Source of the DNA: an uncultured Verrucomicrobiae bacterium
GTDB lineage: Bacteria; Verrucomicrobiota; Verrucomicrobiia; Chthoniobacterales; UBA10450
Length of the DNA: 64,000 nt
Assembly (NCBI GenBank): GCA_963735805.1
Contig: CAVTMK010000002.1
Span: 1,088,001-1,152,000, forward strand
Direction of reading: 5' to 3'
The position numbers and the translations under genes are program-made. This document shows, piece by piece, positions 62,269-64,000 of the stretch. Under the pieces are notes generated by a model. That model saw only the letters and a list, made by a program, of their open reading frames with translations, ran no database searches and had not been told where the DNA came from. Each line of letters opens with the position of its first letter. Positions within the stretch are counted from its first letter, which is position 1.

Positions 62269-62970
62269 GTGCATTCGGAACTGGAACAACTTCTTATCCT
62301 CCAAGATCGAGAACAGAAGATCAGACAAATCCAGACTGAAATAGAGACCGTGCCGCTGCGACGGACGAATCTCGAAGGGCAGTTGGCCGCGAGCGAAAGT
62401 GCAGTCGATGCGCTGAAACAAAAAGCGCGTCACCTAGAAGTGGACCGGAAGAAGCTGGAACTCGATGTGGGGACGCGCACAGAGAGCATTTCGCGGTTCA
62501 AGACCCAACAGTATCAAACGCGCAAGAACGATGAGTTTCAGGCGCTCGGACATGAAATTGAGCGATACGAAAATGAAATTCGCAAAATCGAGGATGATGA
62601 ACTGGAGTTGATGGTGCAGGCCGACAAGGTCAAGATTGACCTAGCTGAGGAAGAAAAGAAGGCGGCCGGCGTTAAGGAATCAATTGCACGGCAAACCGCC
62701 GATCTTGATGAAAAGTCGAAAGTTTTGCAGTCGCGGTTGGAAGAGCTGACCAACGAACGCACAGAGTTGGCGGCAAAGATCGACGAGGATTTGCTTGGTC
62801 TATTCGAGCGTCTTTTTAAGAGCAAAGGCGACGCTGCAGTGGTCGCAATCGAGCACGGAGTCTGTACGGGCTGCCATATGAAGGTAACGAGCGCAACGGC
62901 TGCGAGTGCGAGAGCCGGGAAAGAGATCGTAAGTTGCGAGAATTGCGGCCGCATTCTGTACGAAGCGTAG
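62269..62970 (+). CDS. coiled-coil protein with C4 zinc ribbon
   Basis: Long coiled coil, then CTGCH and CENCGRILY. Confidence 0.88.
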   Translation: MHSELEQLLILQDREQKIRQIQTEIETVPLRRTNLEGQLAASESAVDALKQKARHLEVDRKKLELDVGTRTESISRFKTQQYQTRKNDEFQALGHEIERYENEIRKIEDDELELMVQADKVKIDLAEEEKKAAGVKESIARQTADLDEKSKVLQSRLEELTNERTELAAKIDEDLLGLFERLFKSKGDAAVVAIEHGVCTGCHMKVTSATAASARAGKEIVSCENCGRILYEA

Positions 62971-62978
62971 TCTTCGGC

Positions 62979-63998
62979 TCACACGTTGAACCGGAAGAAA
63001 ATCACGTCGCCGTCGCGCACGACGTAGTCTTTCCCCTCCAACCGAACCTTGCCCGCCTCACGAGCTTTCGCCACGGACCCGGCCGCAATCAGATCGTCGT
63101 AGGAAATTGTTTCCGCTGCGATAAAACCGCGTTCGAAATCTGAATGGATGGTTCCGGCGGCAGTTGCCGCTTTGTCGCCGGCGTGAATGGTCCATGCACG
63201 CGATTCCTTTTCGCCGGTAGTAAGAAACGTGCGCAGGCCAAGCAAGTGATAAACGGCCCGGATGAGGGCGTGCACGCCGGTATCTTCCACACGTAGTCCT
63301 CGAAGATAATCCAGCGCGTCCTGTTCGCTCAGATCAACCAGCTCGCTCTCCAGTTGCGCGCTGATGACGACCGCCTCGGTACCGAAATGGTGGCGCGCGT
63401 AATCCTCGACCTCCTTAACCCGCTTTTCGACATTGTAGCCGGATGCGCTGACACCGTCACTGCGGACGGTGCCCGCGGCGACAGAGACCAAATCCGATTC
63501 CGAGACGTTACATGCAAAAATCGTTGGCTTTGATGTGAGCAGAAAGAAATTGCGGGCGATCATCTTTTCCTCAGGTGTCAAAGTGGCTGTAATGGCTGGC
63601 TTCCCCGAATCCAGGTGAGGCAATAGTTTCTCGGCGATCGCATTTTCATTTTTCGCTGTTTTATCGCCGGCGCGAACTTCCTTCTGCAATCGGTCGTGTC
63701 TTTTCTGAAGCGATGCCAAATCCGCCAACACAAGCTCGGTGTTGATTATTTCAATGTCTCGGACCGGATCAACGGTGGCGCTGACATGATGCACATTGCT
63801 GTCTTCGAAACAGCGTACCACCTGCACGATGGCATCCACTTCGCGAATGTGATGGAGGAATTGATTCCCCAGACCCTCGCCCGCACTGGCGCCTTTGACC
63901 AGACCGGCAATATCAACGAATTGAACCGCAGTCGGGACAATTTTTTTGGAATTTGAAATCTGCGCTATTTTTTCCAGACGGGGATCAGGAACCGTCAC
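62979..63998 (-). CDS. ychF: redox-regulated ATPase YchF (5' end outside window)
   Basis: DIAGLVKGAS.GEGLGNQFL, AAGTIHSDFERGFI.AE, EGKDYVV.DGD. Confidence 0.96.
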   Translation of the reverse strand: MTVPDPRLEKIAQISNSKKIVPTAVQFVDIAGLVKGASAGEGLGNQFLHHIREVDAIVQVVRCFEDSNVHHVSATVDPVRDIEIINTELVLADLASLQKRHDRLQKEVRAGDKTAKNENAIAEKLLPHLDSGKPAITATLTPEEKMIARNFFLLTSKPTIFACNVSESDLVSVAAGTVRSDGVSASGYNVEKRVKEVEDYARHHFGTEAVVISAQLESELVDLSEQDALDYLRGLRVEDTGVHALIRAVYHLLGLRTFLTTGEKESRAWTIHAGDKAATAAGTIHSDFERGFIAAETISYDDLIAAGSVAKAREAGKVRLEGKDYVVRDGDVIFFRFNV

Positions 63999-64000
63999 AA

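Overview
A gene-dense bacterial chromosomal segment. Gene set, protein style and repeat families suggest Verrucomicrobiota (Chthoniobacterales-like); this is an inference. Core genes: lysS (3' end), ruvA, a two-gene split metH, ffh-rpsP-khpA-trmD, ftcD-hutI, tig-clpP-clpX, cinA, nadD-rsfS, ychF (3' part). There are also many transporters and envelope enzymes, four tRNAs (Ser-TGA, Glu-CTC, Pro-TGG, Ala-GGC) and tRNA-adjacent accessory regions. Main hidden signals: (1) two genes that the ORF track splits at an in-frame TGA. In each, the TGA sits at a redox Cys position and is followed by a SECIS-like hairpin, so they are probable selenoproteins: an AhpD/CMD-like protein (CxxU) and a membrane-anchored peroxiredoxin-like protein (UxxC). 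(2) An identically spaced upstream motif (GGTAAC-N5-SGTAAC-N30-TGCGATTCTC-N5-start) in front of two otherwise dissimilar Tat-exported genes, each just 3' of a tRNA. (3) GTAG-type palindromic REP-like repeats that also sit in frame inside proteins, including YchF. (4) A probable ATA start codon for rsfS. (5) A tRNA-Ser-anchored mini-islet and several frameshifted genes. No CRISPR array, rRNA, integrase or transposase was seen. All family calls come from recognising motifs by eye; no searches were run.
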